NCBI GenBank assembly: GCA_918797485.1
Contig: CAKKNE010000003.1
Coordinates: forward strand, 3,844,001-3,908,000
Reading direction: 5' to 3'
Length of the DNA stretch: 64,000 nucleotides
From: Pelagomonas calceolata
Lineage: Eukaryota
The notes beneath the pieces were generated by a model. That model saw only the letters and a program-made list of their open reading frames with translations, made no database searches and was not told where the DNA came from. How positions within the stretch are numbered: the first letter of the stretch is position 1; each line of letters begins with the position of its first letter. The position numbers were made by a program, and so were the translations under genes. Positions 1-10,246 of this stretch are shown here, in pieces.

Positions 1-195
1 CCAGGCCCTTAATGGCGTGCCGCCGAAGCCGTGAATGAGGACTACCACTACCGGCGCGTGGCCACAAACGCCGTGGGCCCGTGGTCTCCATAAATGGTAG
101 CGCCGCACGCCTAAGTGCAGAGCTTCGACGCAGTTGTGGTCGGTGTCCTGCGCGCGGGCCGCCGCGACGAGGGCTAGCAGGCTGAGATTGCGCAT
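1..195 (-). CDS. 5' part of a secreted alpha/beta-hydrolase/esterase-like protein (runs off window start)
   Basis: ATG at 195, open to position 1: MRNLSLLALVAAARAQD...RRYHLWRP...APVVVVLIHGFGGTP. Signal peptide plus HG-x-GG oxyanion-type motif. Not in the ORF track because there is no stop in the window. Confidence 0.6.
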   Translation of the reverse strand, partial: MRNLSLLALVAAARAQDTDHNCVEALHLGVRRYHLWRPRAHGVCGHAPVVVVLIHGFGGTPLRAW

Positions 196-321
196 GTCTC
201 GCGCTCGGTCGCGTCGAAGGCGTGGGGAGGCCAGAGCAAGGGTTCCGCAGCTGCTCTTCCTAGGCTCTGCCGAGCTCTAAAGCCCCAAATGAGGCTGCCC
301 AAGGCCAAAAACCACAAGGTT

Positions 322-345
322 GCTAGTATGTTACCGGACGCTAGC
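322..345 (-). promoter_or_regulatory. CTAG-box motif copy
   Basis: Reverse complement GCTAGCGTCCGGTAACATACTAGC; between divergent genes. Confidence 0.6.
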
Positions 346-566
346 ATCGCTTTGCAGCACGAAACAAAAAGAGCAGGAAGCGCGGCCGTGATCGCCGCAA
401 ATACACGCGGGAGGGCCGACCGTACGCACGTTGCCGCTGTGCTCAAAAAGAGCGACGAGTTTGCGTCGACTAGCAAATCACTGCACGCTGCACTGCGCTG
501 CAGCGGGCGATACCGCGGCGGAACGCCGGCGACGCGACGTAGACACAACAGGACCACCAGTGAACC

Positions 567-1172
567 ATGGGCCGCTCGCAGCGCAGCAACCGCCCACCAA
601 AAATGGTCACGGAAGCCACATTCGACGTCGAGGCGCGAAAAGATTGGCTCCAAGGGTTCCGGAAGCGGAAGCGCGAGCGGCGCCTCACGGGCCTGGCCCA
701 CGGCGCGCTCAAGGCGCGGAAGCAGAAGCTCGCCGACCGCGCGGCGCGGCGGTCGATGCGGCCGCCGCCGGCGCCCGAGCCCGTCGTCCTGGACGAGGCG
801 CCGGCGACGCGCGAGACCGTCGTGCTCACTGACAGCAATGTCGTGGAGCAGTGGGGCGCCGCGGTCACGGTCACGACCACTGTGGGAGGTTTAGACGTGG
901 ACGCCGAAGACGCGGACGCGGCCGAGGCTTTGTTACGCGGAGCCCACGCTCCGCCTCCGAAAAAACGCGTCGACGCGGCCCAGGTCGAAGCGGGCACGCT
1001 CGAAGCCGCTCGACGAAAGGTCGCCCACCTCGGCGCGCAGTCCGCGAAACGCCAGCGCCGCGCCGCCCGGAAACGGGACGCGAACCCGCATTTCAAGGGC
1101 GGCGGCCGCGGCGCGGCGCGCGCGCTACTGGACGGTGCGGCGGCGAAGCGCGGCGCCAAGCGTAAGAAATAA
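567..1172 (+). CDS. RRP17: Nop25/RRP17/NOL12-family nucleolar protein
   Basis: TFDVEARKDWLQGFRKRKRERR resembles the Nop25 domain; basic C-terminus. Confidence 0.75.
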   Translation: MGRSQRSNRPPKMVTEATFDVEARKDWLQGFRKRKRERRLTGLAHGALKARKQKLADRAARRSMRPPPAPEPVVLDEAPATRETVVLTDSNVVEQWGAAVTVTTTVGGLDVDAEDADAAEALLRGAHAPPPKKRVDAAQVEAGTLEAARRKVAHLGAQSAKRQRRAARKRDANPHFKGGGRGAARALLDGAAAKRGAKRKK

Positions 1173-1184
1173 GTAGTAGTAGTC

Positions 1185-2450
1185 TTACATCACATTTTTT
1201 GGGTCGGTGGCTTTATCGAAGATCAGTGGTGGCGGCGGCGCCGCCGCGACGGCAGGCGGCGGCGCCACGCGGAAGGCGACGACGTCGCCGCACTCGTAGA
1301 CGGCGGCGACCACGTCGGGGCCAAGCCATCCCAAAAAGGCCGGTCTTTCCGAGGCCCCGGACGGGTGCGCCGCGTCGAGTTGCGGGAACAGGAAGAACTG
1401 CGGTTTCATATCTTCCGGCCGCTGCGGGTGGCCCTGGCCGCCCTTCTTCAGCCGGCCCCGCAGGTTCCAGAGCCGCACCACACCCGTTGAATCGGCGGTG
1501 GCCAGGATCGCGCCGCCCGGCGCCCACGCGACGCACCGCTCGCGCGACCCGTCCTGGAAGCCCAACACCCTAGGGATGTAGTCCGGCCCGTCGCCCCGGT
1601 CCCGTCGATAGGGGTGCGGTGGCCGGTCGCCCGAGAAGTCGAAGCATGCTGCGCGTGCGCCCGTCACCGCAAGAAATGCACCGTCCGCGCTCCAGGCCAG
1701 CGCTTCGCCGTCGCTCTGGCAAAACGACTGGAGCGACGCCGCGAGATCCTCGCCGCCCCAGACCTGGACCGCCCCGTCGAAGGTGCCCGCCGCCACAAAG
1801 TCCCCTCGGGCCAGGAGCGACCGCAGCGGCCTCTGGGAAGCGTAGCGCCAGTTGACCTCGCCGTCGCGCTGCACCAGCACGCAGACGCAGCCGTGCGCGA
1901 CCGCGTAGCCTCGGAACAGACCCGCGGACGCGTCGCAGAGCGCGCGCACCGGCGCCTCGAAGGTTACGGCATGGATCAAATCGCCGGTCAACGAGCAGCA
2001 GTGGACGAGCTTCCCCGCGCTGGCCACGAAGTCGTCGTCGAGCGTAGTGCAGCTTGTCGCCGCGACCTGGCGCGCGCGCTTGCCCGCGACCGCCTCCGGC
2101 GCCACCGCGTGCACGACGGCCAGCGTCCCATCCGTCCGCACGACGCGCGCGCGGCCGTCGTCGAAGGCCGCCACGACCCAGGCCCCATCATGCGAGAAGG
2201 CCATCGCGTTCGGGCCCTCGTCGGCAATTTGCGGCGACCGCGCGGTGATCTCGCCGGCAGTATCCACAAAAACGACGGCGCCGTCGTCCGTCGCCACGGC
2301 GAGGCAGGCGCTCGACTGCGCGACGCAGGCGACGCCGCCGACGTCCGCGCGCCAGCTCACGGCGAGGCCGCCCTTCTGCACCACCGGCCGCGGCGCGGCG
2401 GCCGGCGCCGGTCGCGCGGTCGACGACGGGCCGACGAGCGTGCGGCGCAT
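1185..2450 (-). CDS. WD40-repeat protein
   Basis: Repeats such as AFSHDG, GTFDGAVQVW, AWSADG, TADSTGVVRLWNL. Confidence 0.8.
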   Translation of the reverse strand: MRRTLVGPSSTARPAPAAAPRPVVQKGGLAVSWRADVGGVACVAQSSACLAVATDDGAVVFVDTAGEITARSPQIADEGPNAMAFSHDGAWVVAAFDDGRARVVRTDGTLAVVHAVAPEAVAGKRARQVAATSCTTLDDDFVASAGKLVHCCSLTGDLIHAVTFEAPVRALCDASAGLFRGYAVAHGCVCVLVQRDGEVNWRYASQRPLRSLLARGDFVAAGTFDGAVQVWGGEDLAASLQSFCQSDGEALAWSADGAFLAVTGARAACFDFSGDRPPHPYRRDRGDGPDYIPRVLGFQDGSRERCVAWAPGGAILATADSTGVVRLWNLRGRLKKGGQGHPQRPEDMKPQFFLFPQLDAAHPSGASERPAFLGWLGPDVVAAVYECGDVVAFRVAPPPAVAAAPPPPLIFDKATDPKNVM

Positions 2451-2832
2451 CTGTGCGGCTCTTCAGTGATGCTCTGGCGTGTCTTGACCGTTCGCACGCT
2501 CGCACGCGGCAGAGATCTCGCGGGGCGTCGAGTAGGCGCGCTACAGGAGCTCGTTTGCTAGGGCGAGACCTGGCGCAACGACGCCAGCAGCCACAGCGCT
2601 GGATATATAGCTTGCGTACCGCCTACACGCCGTTTCGAATCAATGGCTGGCGCTCGTGACGAGCCGTGCGGAGAGCGGCTCGACGCGGTTAAAACGGGTT
2701 TTACACACTGTTCCAAAGCGCTCAGGCGACGACCTAACCGAGGTCCAGCCCACCCACGGTTACGTTGCGATCCAACATTTTGAGCCTACGGTCCGTAACC
2801 CGACCCCGCCAAAATGACAGCAAATCAATCAA

Positions 2833-5607
2833 GTGAATAATCACGTCCCAAACGGCGCAGCCCGGGCGCCGCGGCGATGGAGGACGACTACTCTGACATT
2901 GATGTCATACTGTGCAGCCGCAGCGTCCGCCGCAGCCCCCGCAGCCCGCCCCATGATGCCCAACCAAAAAAGCATCGTCGCTCACGCCACGCCGCGCAGG
3001 TACGACCAGGGCCAAGAAAAGGGACGAGAAAGGCTGCGCCTAGGACGTGTCACGCCGTCCGCCGACGAGGTGAAGAGCTTGGCTCAGAGAGCACTGAACC
3101 GGAGAGGCGCCCGCGTCTTCCGGCCCCTCGTCGAAGAGCCCCTCTGGTCTCGAGGCATCAAGGCCGTCGGCGCGGGAAAGATAGAATGGGACCGGCTGCG
3201 CGAACGCTATTTAGATGACGAGTTCGACGAGTTCCGACCCGGAAGAGATAGGTTCCTCGTCGTCGAGTGCGACGAACCCTACACGCCGAAACGAAGGTCT
3301 TCTCAGGTGTCACCACCATCGTCCATCGAGGCGTCATCACCGATAAAACCGCTGCCCGAGTCGCCCGCGTTACATTTCGACGACCGACAGACGGCAATCC
3401 TCGAACGCGCGACGACGGCCTGGATCAATCGTACCGAAGCGACGTCGCCGACTGGTGGTAGATATGTGGCGGCTTTGCGGGCCGCGCGGCACGACGTCGA
3501 CCGACTGCGGGCCGCGCGGACGGTGGCGGGCGTCTTGGAGGACGGCGACGTGCGGCGGATCGTGCGGCGCTTCCGGAGCTGGCGGCGCTCTAGTGGATTG
3601 ATGGAGGCGCGGGCGGCCTTCTCTAAGAGATGTGGAGCCGCGGTCGTGCGGCGGCGTCGTGTAGAGGCGTTCTCTTTGTTGAAGGAGCATGCGGCTTCTG
3701 TGCGAGCGTCGCGCCGCGGTGCCGCGGCGGCGTTATGTGTCGCGGCTTTGAGAAGAGGCGTGCGGCGACAGATGAGGGCCGCGTTTCGTTTTCTGCGCGC
3801 CGCGAGCGCGTCGACGAACACGCAAGTGCGGGCGCTGCGCCACCTCGCCCGGAGCAGCGCCGCGAAACACTGCGCGATGGCCTGGCGGACCTGGATGCGA
3901 GCCGCGTTTCGTCTCACGGGCGCCGCTTCGACACAAGTGCGGGCGCTGCGCCGCCTCGCGCTCAGCAGCGCGGGCAAGCGCCGGGCGATGGCCTGGCGGA
4001 GTTGGTTGCTGGTCGTGCGGCGCGCGACGGTCCTCAAACGCGTCGCGGCCATGATTCGGCGGGAAGCGGCGAGAAATGGGCTGCGGGCTTGGCGCGCGGC
4101 GGCCCGGCGGAGGTCTACAATCGAGGACCGGGCCTTGTCATTACAAAGGCGCGTCGCGGCGACATCAATCAGACGGCGCAAGCGCCGAGCCCTGGCCACC
4201 ATCATAAGTTTCGGGCGACACAATTCCACGCTCCGCCACGTCGCGGCGACGCTGGGCGGCGTTTTGCAGAGGACGCGGCACAAACGGCTCGCGCGCGCGC
4301 TCGCTTCCTTAAAGACCGTGGGCGCGGCGCGCGCTTTACGGAAGCGGACGCTGCGCCGCGTCGCGGCCAGACTCGCCCACGGCCGCGCGCTCCTTGCTTA
4401 CCAGGCCTGGCGCCGCCGCGCGACGCTGGAGAGCCGTTGTACACAAGCTCTCCGAAGCGTCCTGCGGGCCGCGGCCACGATCAACGTGCGGGCCGCCTTC
4501 TTCCTCCTCAGCCGCAACGCGCGGCGCGTCGGCGAGCAGCGGCTCGGGCTGGTCTTCTGCGCCGCGGCCCTCGAGCGGACGCGCGAGCAGCGGCTGCGGC
4601 GGGCGCTGGCGAAGCTTTCCAAGAACGCCGCGGGCCTCAGGGCGGCGACGTCCGTCGCTCTGTGCGTCCTCGCGTCGACACGGGCCAAGCGCGACGCGGC
4701 GTCAATCCTCTGCCGCGGCGCGCTCCGGCGGACGGTCACGGCCCTGCTGCGGCGCGGGCTCACCGCTTTTGTAAAACAAGCGGCCGCGGCGCAGCAGCTC
4801 TGCGCGACCGCTTCGCGTAAACAGGCGGGCGCGGTCATCTGCACCGCAATGGTTCGAAGAACGGCGACCACGCAAATGAAGAGTGCCTTGGTAAGGCTGC
4901 GAAGCCACACCGACCGGTGCGACCGCCGCGTGCGCTCCTTGCGCCGCATCTTAGGCATCGCACGCGACGCGGCGCTCCGAACTGCGGTATGGAGCTGGCG
5001 CGCCAACGTTGGGGTGGTCGGCGTCCTCGCGAAGCAAATTCTCAATCACGAGATCGCCGCGCGCTACCTCGGCGTCGTCAGCCGCGCGTCGAAACGCAAT
5101 TCTACCAAGAGAGCCTGGCGCCGCTGGAGCTGCACGGCCGCGCGCCTGACCGGGCGGAATCGGCTCGTGTGCGCTCTCGCGCAAGACCGGAGAAGTAGGT
5201 CCGCATTTGCCGCCTGGCGGTCTTCGGTAAAGGACGACCGCGCGAAGCGCCTGGGCGTGTTCGTCGGCGTTCTGGTCGGGACGGCGGCGCGCCACATGAA
5301 AGGACGTGGATTGCGGCGCTGCTTCGGCGAACTCAAGATGCGCCAGCGGCGCGGCGGCGCGGCGCGGCGCGTCCTTTTGTTGTTCGCGACGGCGCTCGAG
5401 AGCCGCGTCGAAAAAGCGTTCGATCAGTGGGCGCGGGACGCGTCCTCGCAGAAGCGCCGCGCGGGGCTGCGGCGGCGCCTCGAGGGCCGGTTGCTGGGCC
5501 GGGCCTGGGTGCGCTGGCGCTCTCATGTGGAAGTGGACCGGGAGCTGCGCCTGCTCCAGCGGGGCGTGCGCGCGCTCGCGCGGCCACGCATGCTCGTGGC
5601 CGACTAA
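2833..5607 (+). CDS. Sfi1-like (centrin-binding-type) Trp-repeat helical protein; true start uncertain
   Basis: 924-codon ORF with recurring A-W/F-x-x-W helical units (AWRTW, AWRSW, AYQAW, AFAAW, AFDQW). Confidence 0.55.
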   Translation: MNNHVPNGAARAPRRWRTTTLTLMSYCAAAASAAAPAARPMMPNQKSIVAHATPRRYDQGQEKGRERLRLGRVTPSADEVKSLAQRALNRRGARVFRPLVEEPLWSRGIKAVGAGKIEWDRLRERYLDDEFDEFRPGRDRFLVVECDEPYTPKRRSSQVSPPSSIEASSPIKPLPESPALHFDDRQTAILERATTAWINRTEATSPTGGRYVAALRAARHDVDRLRAARTVAGVLEDGDVRRIVRRFRSWRRSSGLMEARAAFSKRCGAAVVRRRRVEAFSLLKEHAASVRASRRGAAAALCVAALRRGVRRQMRAAFRFLRAASASTNTQVRALRHLARSSAAKHCAMAWRTWMRAAFRLTGAASTQVRALRRLALSSAGKRRAMAWRSWLLVVRRATVLKRVAAMIRREAARNGLRAWRAAARRRSTIEDRALSLQRRVAATSIRRRKRRALATIISFGRHNSTLRHVAATLGGVLQRTRHKRLARALASLKTVGAARALRKRTLRRVAARLAHGRALLAYQAWRRRATLESRCTQALRSVLRAAATINVRAAFFLLSRNARRVGEQRLGLVFCAAALERTREQRLRRALAKLSKNAAGLRAATSVALCVLASTRAKRDAASILCRGALRRTVTALLRRGLTAFVKQAAAAQQLCATASRKQAGAVICTAMVRRTATTQMKSALVRLRSHTDRCDRRVRSLRRILGIARDAALRTAVWSWRANVGVVGVLAKQILNHEIAARYLGVVSRASKRNSTKRAWRRWSCTAARLTGRNRLVCALAQDRRSRSAFAAWRSSVKDDRAKRLGVFVGVLVGTAARHMKGRGLRRCFGELKMRQRRGGAARRVLLLFATALESRVEKAFDQWARDASSQKRRAGLRRRLEGRLLGRAWVRWRSHVEVDRELRLLQRGVRALARPRMLVAD

Positions 5608-5640
5608 TACACTATACACTGGCAAACATACTTACAGGCG

Positions 5641-5676
5641 AGGGGTCAGACAAGGGGTCAGACAAGGGGTCAGACA
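5641..5676. repeat. 3 x 12-bp tandem repeat AGGGGTCAGACA
   Basis: Exact copies at 5641, 5653 and 5665, overlapping the stop codon of the minus-strand methyltransferase. Confidence 0.9.
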
Positions 5677-6419
5677 GCGGTACCGGCCAGGGCCCACGCG
5701 CCGCCTGGCGAGAGCTGGCGCGCGCCTGCAGCCCGGAGCATGGCCCGCACCCATGGGTTGTTCTGGTGGCTCGAGAAGACCACCTCGCGCCGCGCTAATC
5801 TGGAGACGGCCGCGAACCACGGCCGCGACGCTTCAACGTTGCGGTTCTCCGACGCTACCATTTGAGGCACGCCCGCGAAGGGGATGTAGTACAACACATC
5901 GGAGACGAGCACGACGTCGTACGAATCTGGCCAGCCGTCCGGCAGGGCGAGCGTCGCGGCATCGACGACCTCTACAAAACACCGCGGGCACCGCCGCCGC
6001 GCCCGGCGGACCATCCGCGGGGAGATATCGGCGCCGAAGTGCGCGGCCTGTGATTGCCGCGCGGCGAGCTGCGCGAGGACGAGGCCACGTGAGCACCCAA
6101 GGTCCAGCAACGACGAATAACCGGGGTGCCTTTGATTGATTTGCGCGACGAGCATCGCTTGCGTCCCATTATGTTCGCGCCAGTGGCGCGTCGCGCCGCC
6201 CGCGTGGACGCGGTCCCACACGGCCGGCGTCGGCAGCACGTAGGCGAGCCACACCTCGCCCCGGACCCACGCCTTCGCTAGGACCGCGACGGCTAGCACG
6301 GCGGCGGCGCCGAGGGCGCACCAGAGCCTCCGTCGCGGCCGGCGTCGGGCCGGCGCCGTGTGCTCGACGAGCGCGTCATCATTGGTCGCGGGGTCCGCCG
6401 TGGCGAGGCGCGCCCGCAT
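5670..6419 (-). CDS. Membrane-anchored class I SAM-dependent methyltransferase
   Basis: N-terminal TM helix, motif I LLDLGCSRG, GADISP, YDVVLVSDVLYY. Confidence 0.75.
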   Translation of the reverse strand: MRARLATADPATNDDALVEHTAPARRRPRRRLWCALGAAAVLAVAVLAKAWVRGEVWLAYVLPTPAVWDRVHAGGATRHWREHNGTQAMLVAQINQRHPGYSSLLDLGCSRGLVLAQLAARQSQAAHFGADISPRMVRRARRRCPRCFVEVVDAATLALPDGWPDSYDVVLVSDVLYYIPFAGVPQMVASENRNVEASRPWFAAVSRLARREVVFSSHQNNPWVRAMLRAAGARQLSPGGAWALAGTAV

Positions 6420-6704
6420 GGTCGCGCGCGGCCTCGCAGAGTGTTGGGTAGTGGTGTTCCGCTCGGCTGGCCACTGGGATCGATGCGCTCGGGCAGCGAT
6501 GAGTGCTCGGGCAGCGTCGCCACCGTGCCCGCAGGCAGAGATGCGCTTGCACCAGGTCCTTAGGACCCTTAGGTCCTCTTGCCTGCCCGGGCCGGCGCGT
6601 GACTCGCGTGAGAATCAGGATCGGGTTTTACTCGAAACCCGCTACGCCCCGGTATCATTCATCCCATGGGGCCGGTTGCGCTTTTCTTTACAACTTGAAG
6701 ATTG

Positions 6705-7622
6705 TTAGGAGGTCAAACGCGACATGGTAGCAAAAGCATCGGCCACCCCTATAAGGGCTGATTGACCGCGGCTCGATCGATCGTCGAAGCGCACCCGCGG
6801 CGCGCGCGCGACGCGGACATGGCTCACGAAGGGCAGGTCCGACGCGCGGAAAGCCAAACGAAAAAGCGCCGCCGCGGCGTCGAGGACGCGCGCGCACATC
6901 AAACGGAGCCGCAGCTGCGTCCCCGTGATCAGGGAGCCGTCGACCACGACGAGCCGTCCGTCGCGCCTGCGAACCAGCGCGTTCCGTTTTGCAAGATCGA
7001 CGAGGAACCAATCCCTCCTTTCGAGCGCCGCCGACAGCGCGACGAGCTCGTCCTCGGGCCAGCTCCGGGCCGGCTCGTAGTCGGGCGCGACGTAGCGCCG
7101 CTGGTGGATGCGCCACCGTTCATGATCCATCCCAAAAGTCTCGGGCGCCTGGGTCACGTTCATGGTACGTAACGCGACGAACCGCTCGTAGGTCCGCCAC
7201 TGCTCGCGCGCGTGCGACCACCACCACACGTAGTGGAGCAGCGAGGCGCGGCCACGGACGCACGGCGCCGTCTCGGCCGCGCAGGGCCCGCGGAGCTGCT
7301 TGACGACGTGCGTGCGGTTGACGGCGTAGACGTCCGCGACGAAGCCCCGGGCGTGGGGCGCGCCGTACTTTTGTTCTAGGTCCGCGCCGCTGTTTGACGT
7401 CGGGATGCAGGGCACTTGGATTGCGACCGCGATCACTAGAATGATGCCGAGCGGCTTGAAAACCGCGCGGAGGACGGTCGCGCCGCGGTCCAAGCATGAT
7501 AGTAATTGGATGAAGCGCGCGTCGGCAGCGTCGAGGTCGCGCGAGGCCGTGCGGAGCGGCCCGTCGCGGCGCGTCGGCGGCCCGCGACACAGGTCCCTGT
7601 CCGGTGTTTTGGGCGGCGTCAT
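6705..7622 (-). CDS. Protein-kinase-like fold protein with TM anchor
   Basis: HVVKQ, LVDLAKRNAL (DL-x3-N) and LVVVDG; start taken at MTPPK (7622). Confidence 0.5.
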   Translation of the reverse strand: MTPPKTPDRDLCRGPPTRRDGPLRTASRDLDAADARFIQLLSCLDRGATVLRAVFKPLGIILVIAVAIQVPCIPTSNSGADLEQKYGAPHARGFVADVYAVNRTHVVKQLRGPCAAETAPCVRGRASLLHYVWWWSHAREQWRTYERFVALRTMNVTQAPETFGMDHERWRIHQRRYVAPDYEPARSWPEDELVALSAALERRDWFLVDLAKRNALVRRRDGRLVVVDGSLITGTQLRLRLMCARVLDAAAALFRLAFRASDLPFVSHVRVARAPRVRFDDRSSRGQSALIGVADAFATMSRLTS

Positions 7623-7798
7623 CCTAGGAGGTCGAGGGGCAGCCTGCACAATCATCTCTGCACAAGGCCATCTCGTCCAGCATTCGTGCGCAAAATCCGC
7701 GGCCGCGCCCGGGCAGCGCCGGCAACGGCTTGGGCAGCCCCGGCAACGTATCGGCTCGCTCCTGGGGCCAATTCTAGCGGCACCGCAGCGCTTCGCAG

Positions 7799-7821
7799 CT
7801 AGCGGCCCGTAAGGCTCTAGG
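7799..7821 (+). promoter_or_regulatory. CTAG-box motif copy (degenerate)
   Basis: CTAGCGGCCCGTAAGGCTCTAGG; between divergent genes. Confidence 0.5.
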
Positions 7822-7915
7822 AATGCCCAACGATCGGCAGGGCGCTGGACCGACAGCCGAACCCAAGAAGCTGCCCCAGAGCCACAACAGCCCCAGGCAC
7901 GCCGCCGACGGCGCC

Positions 7916-9388
7916 ATGCGCCTGTATGTGGAGGCCGCGGGCCGCACGGTCCCCCTCGACGTGGGACGACGGACGGACGCGGCGTCTGTACTGCGCAAAC
8001 TCCGGAGGCGACGGATACGCTGCGAACGACTAAGTATAAGAGGCCGGCCCTGGCAAACACAGGAAACCGTGCACCACCTCAACCTCCAACCGAACGACAC
8101 GATACAAGGCTTAGGACGGTTAAGAGGCGGCTGCCTCGAGCACCAGCTCAAGCTCTACATGCGCTGCGTGCACCTCTTCAAGGTCCTCATCGCGTTCTAC
8201 ATGTTCTGCATGGGGGCTGGGATATTGTCTGATCAATCCATCCACCGAGCGTACGGTTCCGTCTACATCTTTTACGGACTTGTGGTCTTCGTGCTCTCAC
8301 TCCTAAAGCCGTGCAACATCGCCCTCGGGCATTATGGGTCGTCGCGACACAACAAGTGCGCTTTGTTAATCATTCTGCTGTTCGATGGATTTGCGATTTT
8401 TGTGCAATTAATAATCGCGGGTTTTTTCCTGGCCGACGGCCGGTACGAGTTGTATGGAGAGAATAGTATCACGGGTCGGAGGATGGACGGCTGCAAAGGG
8501 GCTACTTGTACGGAGGAGGAAAGTCGCAAGCTGCGCGCGGATTGTAATCGGGTCCAAGTGCCCGAAGAATCCGTGTATAGTAAGAGAGACTGCGACGCCT
8601 ATTGGGGGTCGGACCGGACGGCGGGCTTTCGGTTGGCGTGGCTGGCCGAGTACTCGCAGGCCATCCGGTATGGGGGCGACGAAGGAAAAAAAATGGCTCT
8701 GGACGACCTGCAGGGCAAGGGCATGTGCTGCGGCTTCGCGCCGCCCGACAGTTGTGATCGCATCGAGAACGAGGACGAGTATCCCTGTTCGGGCGGGTTC
8801 GAGTTCTCGGGCCGCGCGCTCAGTTGCGAGGGCGTCGGGCGCGACATGCTGAAGCAGCGCGTCAAGTGCTCGCCGAAACTCGCGAACTGGTATCCTTTGG
8901 ACAAGACGTTCAAGGACGAGGCGCCCTGCCAGGCCTACGCCGACGGCGAGACGAAGACGGAGAAGGAAAATTCTCTCGGCTGCCGCACGGACTGGGGCAC
9001 GGGTTTGTGCAACACGTGGGAGGTGACTCCCGACAGTACGGGCTGCGCCGTGCGTATCTCGGCGTCCCGTCGTGTCCATGAGACTCGTGTCCATGAGACG
9101 AGGCCGGGGCTGGTTTCTTTTCCGATTTTGAGATGCTCCGCGCAGGTCTATTACGAAGGGCTCATGAACGGCAAGCTCTACCCGAACGGCTGGATGCTGC
9201 TGGCGACGGTCGGCGTCGAAGGCATGACGATCATCATCGCCTGTTTTTACTGTTGGAAGCGGAAAGATCATGATGTGTTATCCACAGCATATATCTACGA
9301 GGAGCCCTGGGACCCGGTCAAGGAGGGGAAATTGCACGTCGGTTTGCAGGAGGCGGAAGCCATGGGCGGCAATGACGACGACTTCTAA
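7916..9388 (+). CDS. Ubiquitin-like domain (ending RLRGG) fused to a tetraspanin; exons 7916-9049, 9146-9388
   Basis: 72-aa Ubl ending GLGRLRGG, three N-terminal TMs, CCG motif (GMCCGF), Cys-rich loop, TM4; in-frame 96-nt GT-AG intron. Confidence 0.75.
   Translation: MRLYVEAAGRTVPLDVGRRTDAASVLRKLRRRRIRCERLSIRGRPWQTQETVHHLNLQPNDTIQGLGRLRGGCLEHQLKLYMRCVHLFKVLIAFYMFCMGAGILSDQSIHRAYGSVYIFYGLVVFVLSLLKPCNIALGHYGSSRHNKCALLIILLFDGFAIFVQLIIAGFFLADGRYELYGENSITGRRMDGCKGATCTEEESRKLRADCNRVQVPEESVYSKRDCDAYWGSDRTAGFRLAWLAEYSQAIRYGGDEGKKMALDDLQGKGMCCGFAPPDSCDRIENEDEYPCSGGFEFSGRALSCEGVGRDMLKQRVKCSPKLANWYPLDKTFKDEAPCQAYADGETKTEKENSLGCRTDWGTGLCNTWEVTPDSTGCAVRISASRRVHETRVHETRPGLVSFPILRCSAQVYYEGLMNGKLYPNGWMLLATVGVEGMTIIIACFYCWKRKDHDVLSTAYIYEEPWDPVKEGKLHVGLQEAEAMGGNDDDF
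9050..9145 (+). other. Repetitive (introner-like) GT-AG intron
   Basis: First 25 nt GTGCGTATCTCGGCGTCCCGTCGTG are identical to intron 12373-12474; removal gives TGCAVYYEGL. Confidence 0.8.
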
Positions 9389-9402
9389 TTTGTTCTTTGT
9401 AT

Positions 9403-10047
9403 TTAGGACTCCCGTCGTCCCTCTCTCCTTGCCGCTTCCACCAATTCTTCAAACGCCGCCGCGTCCGTCCGCGCCAGCTGGACGAGCTCCTCTCGCAAAG
9501 ACGCGTGCGGGTCTGGACGTGGCCGGGGCGGCGGCTCCCGCGGCGACGGCGGCGGAAGATCCAAGGGCGTCTGCGGCGGCGACCGCGGCGCTTTCAGGAT
9601 GCCCATGGCCGAGAGGCGCGCGCGCATCGAGTCCACCGCGACGGTCGACTCGCGCACCATTTCCCGCGTCCGCAACGCGCTCCGCTCCTGCGCGAGCGAC
9701 CGCCGCTGGGGCGGACTGCGCGGCGGCGTCGCCTGCGGCGAGGCCGGCGGCCGCGCGGCCACGTCGAGCACATCCCCGTCGCGCGCGACGTCGCCGATGC
9801 GGGATTTCGGCGCGAGCGGCGCACCGCTCACGGGATGTAGTAGGTGCAGCCCCTCGGCTTTCGACGCATCGCCCAGCGCCGCGCCCGCGAAGGCCCGCAG
9901 GACGGCCTGGGCGGTCTTGCGCTTCGGGAGGCGCACTTTTAAGGTGCCGCTGCGGTCGCTGCTCCTTAAAAACACTGTAAACTTGGAGTTGGTGGTTGGC
10001 CTCTGTGGGGACGTGGTCGCCGTCGGCGCGGCGGCCGTGGCGGCCAT
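9403..10047 (-). CDS. Hypothetical protein with ubiquitin-fold-like N-terminal domain
   Basis: KFTVFL...TLKVRLP...LHLL...DGDVLDV pattern; Pro-rich tail. Confidence 0.5.
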   Translation of the reverse strand: MAATAAAPTATTSPQRPTTNSKFTVFLRSSDRSGTLKVRLPKRKTAQAVLRAFAGAALGDASKAEGLHLLHPVSGAPLAPKSRIGDVARDGDVLDVAARPPASPQATPPRSPPQRRSLAQERSALRTREMVRESTVAVDSMRARLSAMGILKAPRSPPQTPLDLPPPSPREPPPRPRPDPHASLREELVQLARTDAAAFEELVEAARREGRRES

Positions 10048-10246
10048 GCCTGGCCTACGCTGTTTGGTGTGGTGCTTCTGATGACAGTCCGGGCTGCCTG
10101 CGGACCGTCACGGCTGCGAACCGGCTGCCCCTCGTTTTTTTTTGCCCCGCGAAAATTGCAACAAAACGGGTTTTACTGCCCGCGGACCGATTTGTTTTGA
10201 CGAGTGCGCGTAAGGCAGAGCCACAAACAGACAAGTTACTCACTCT

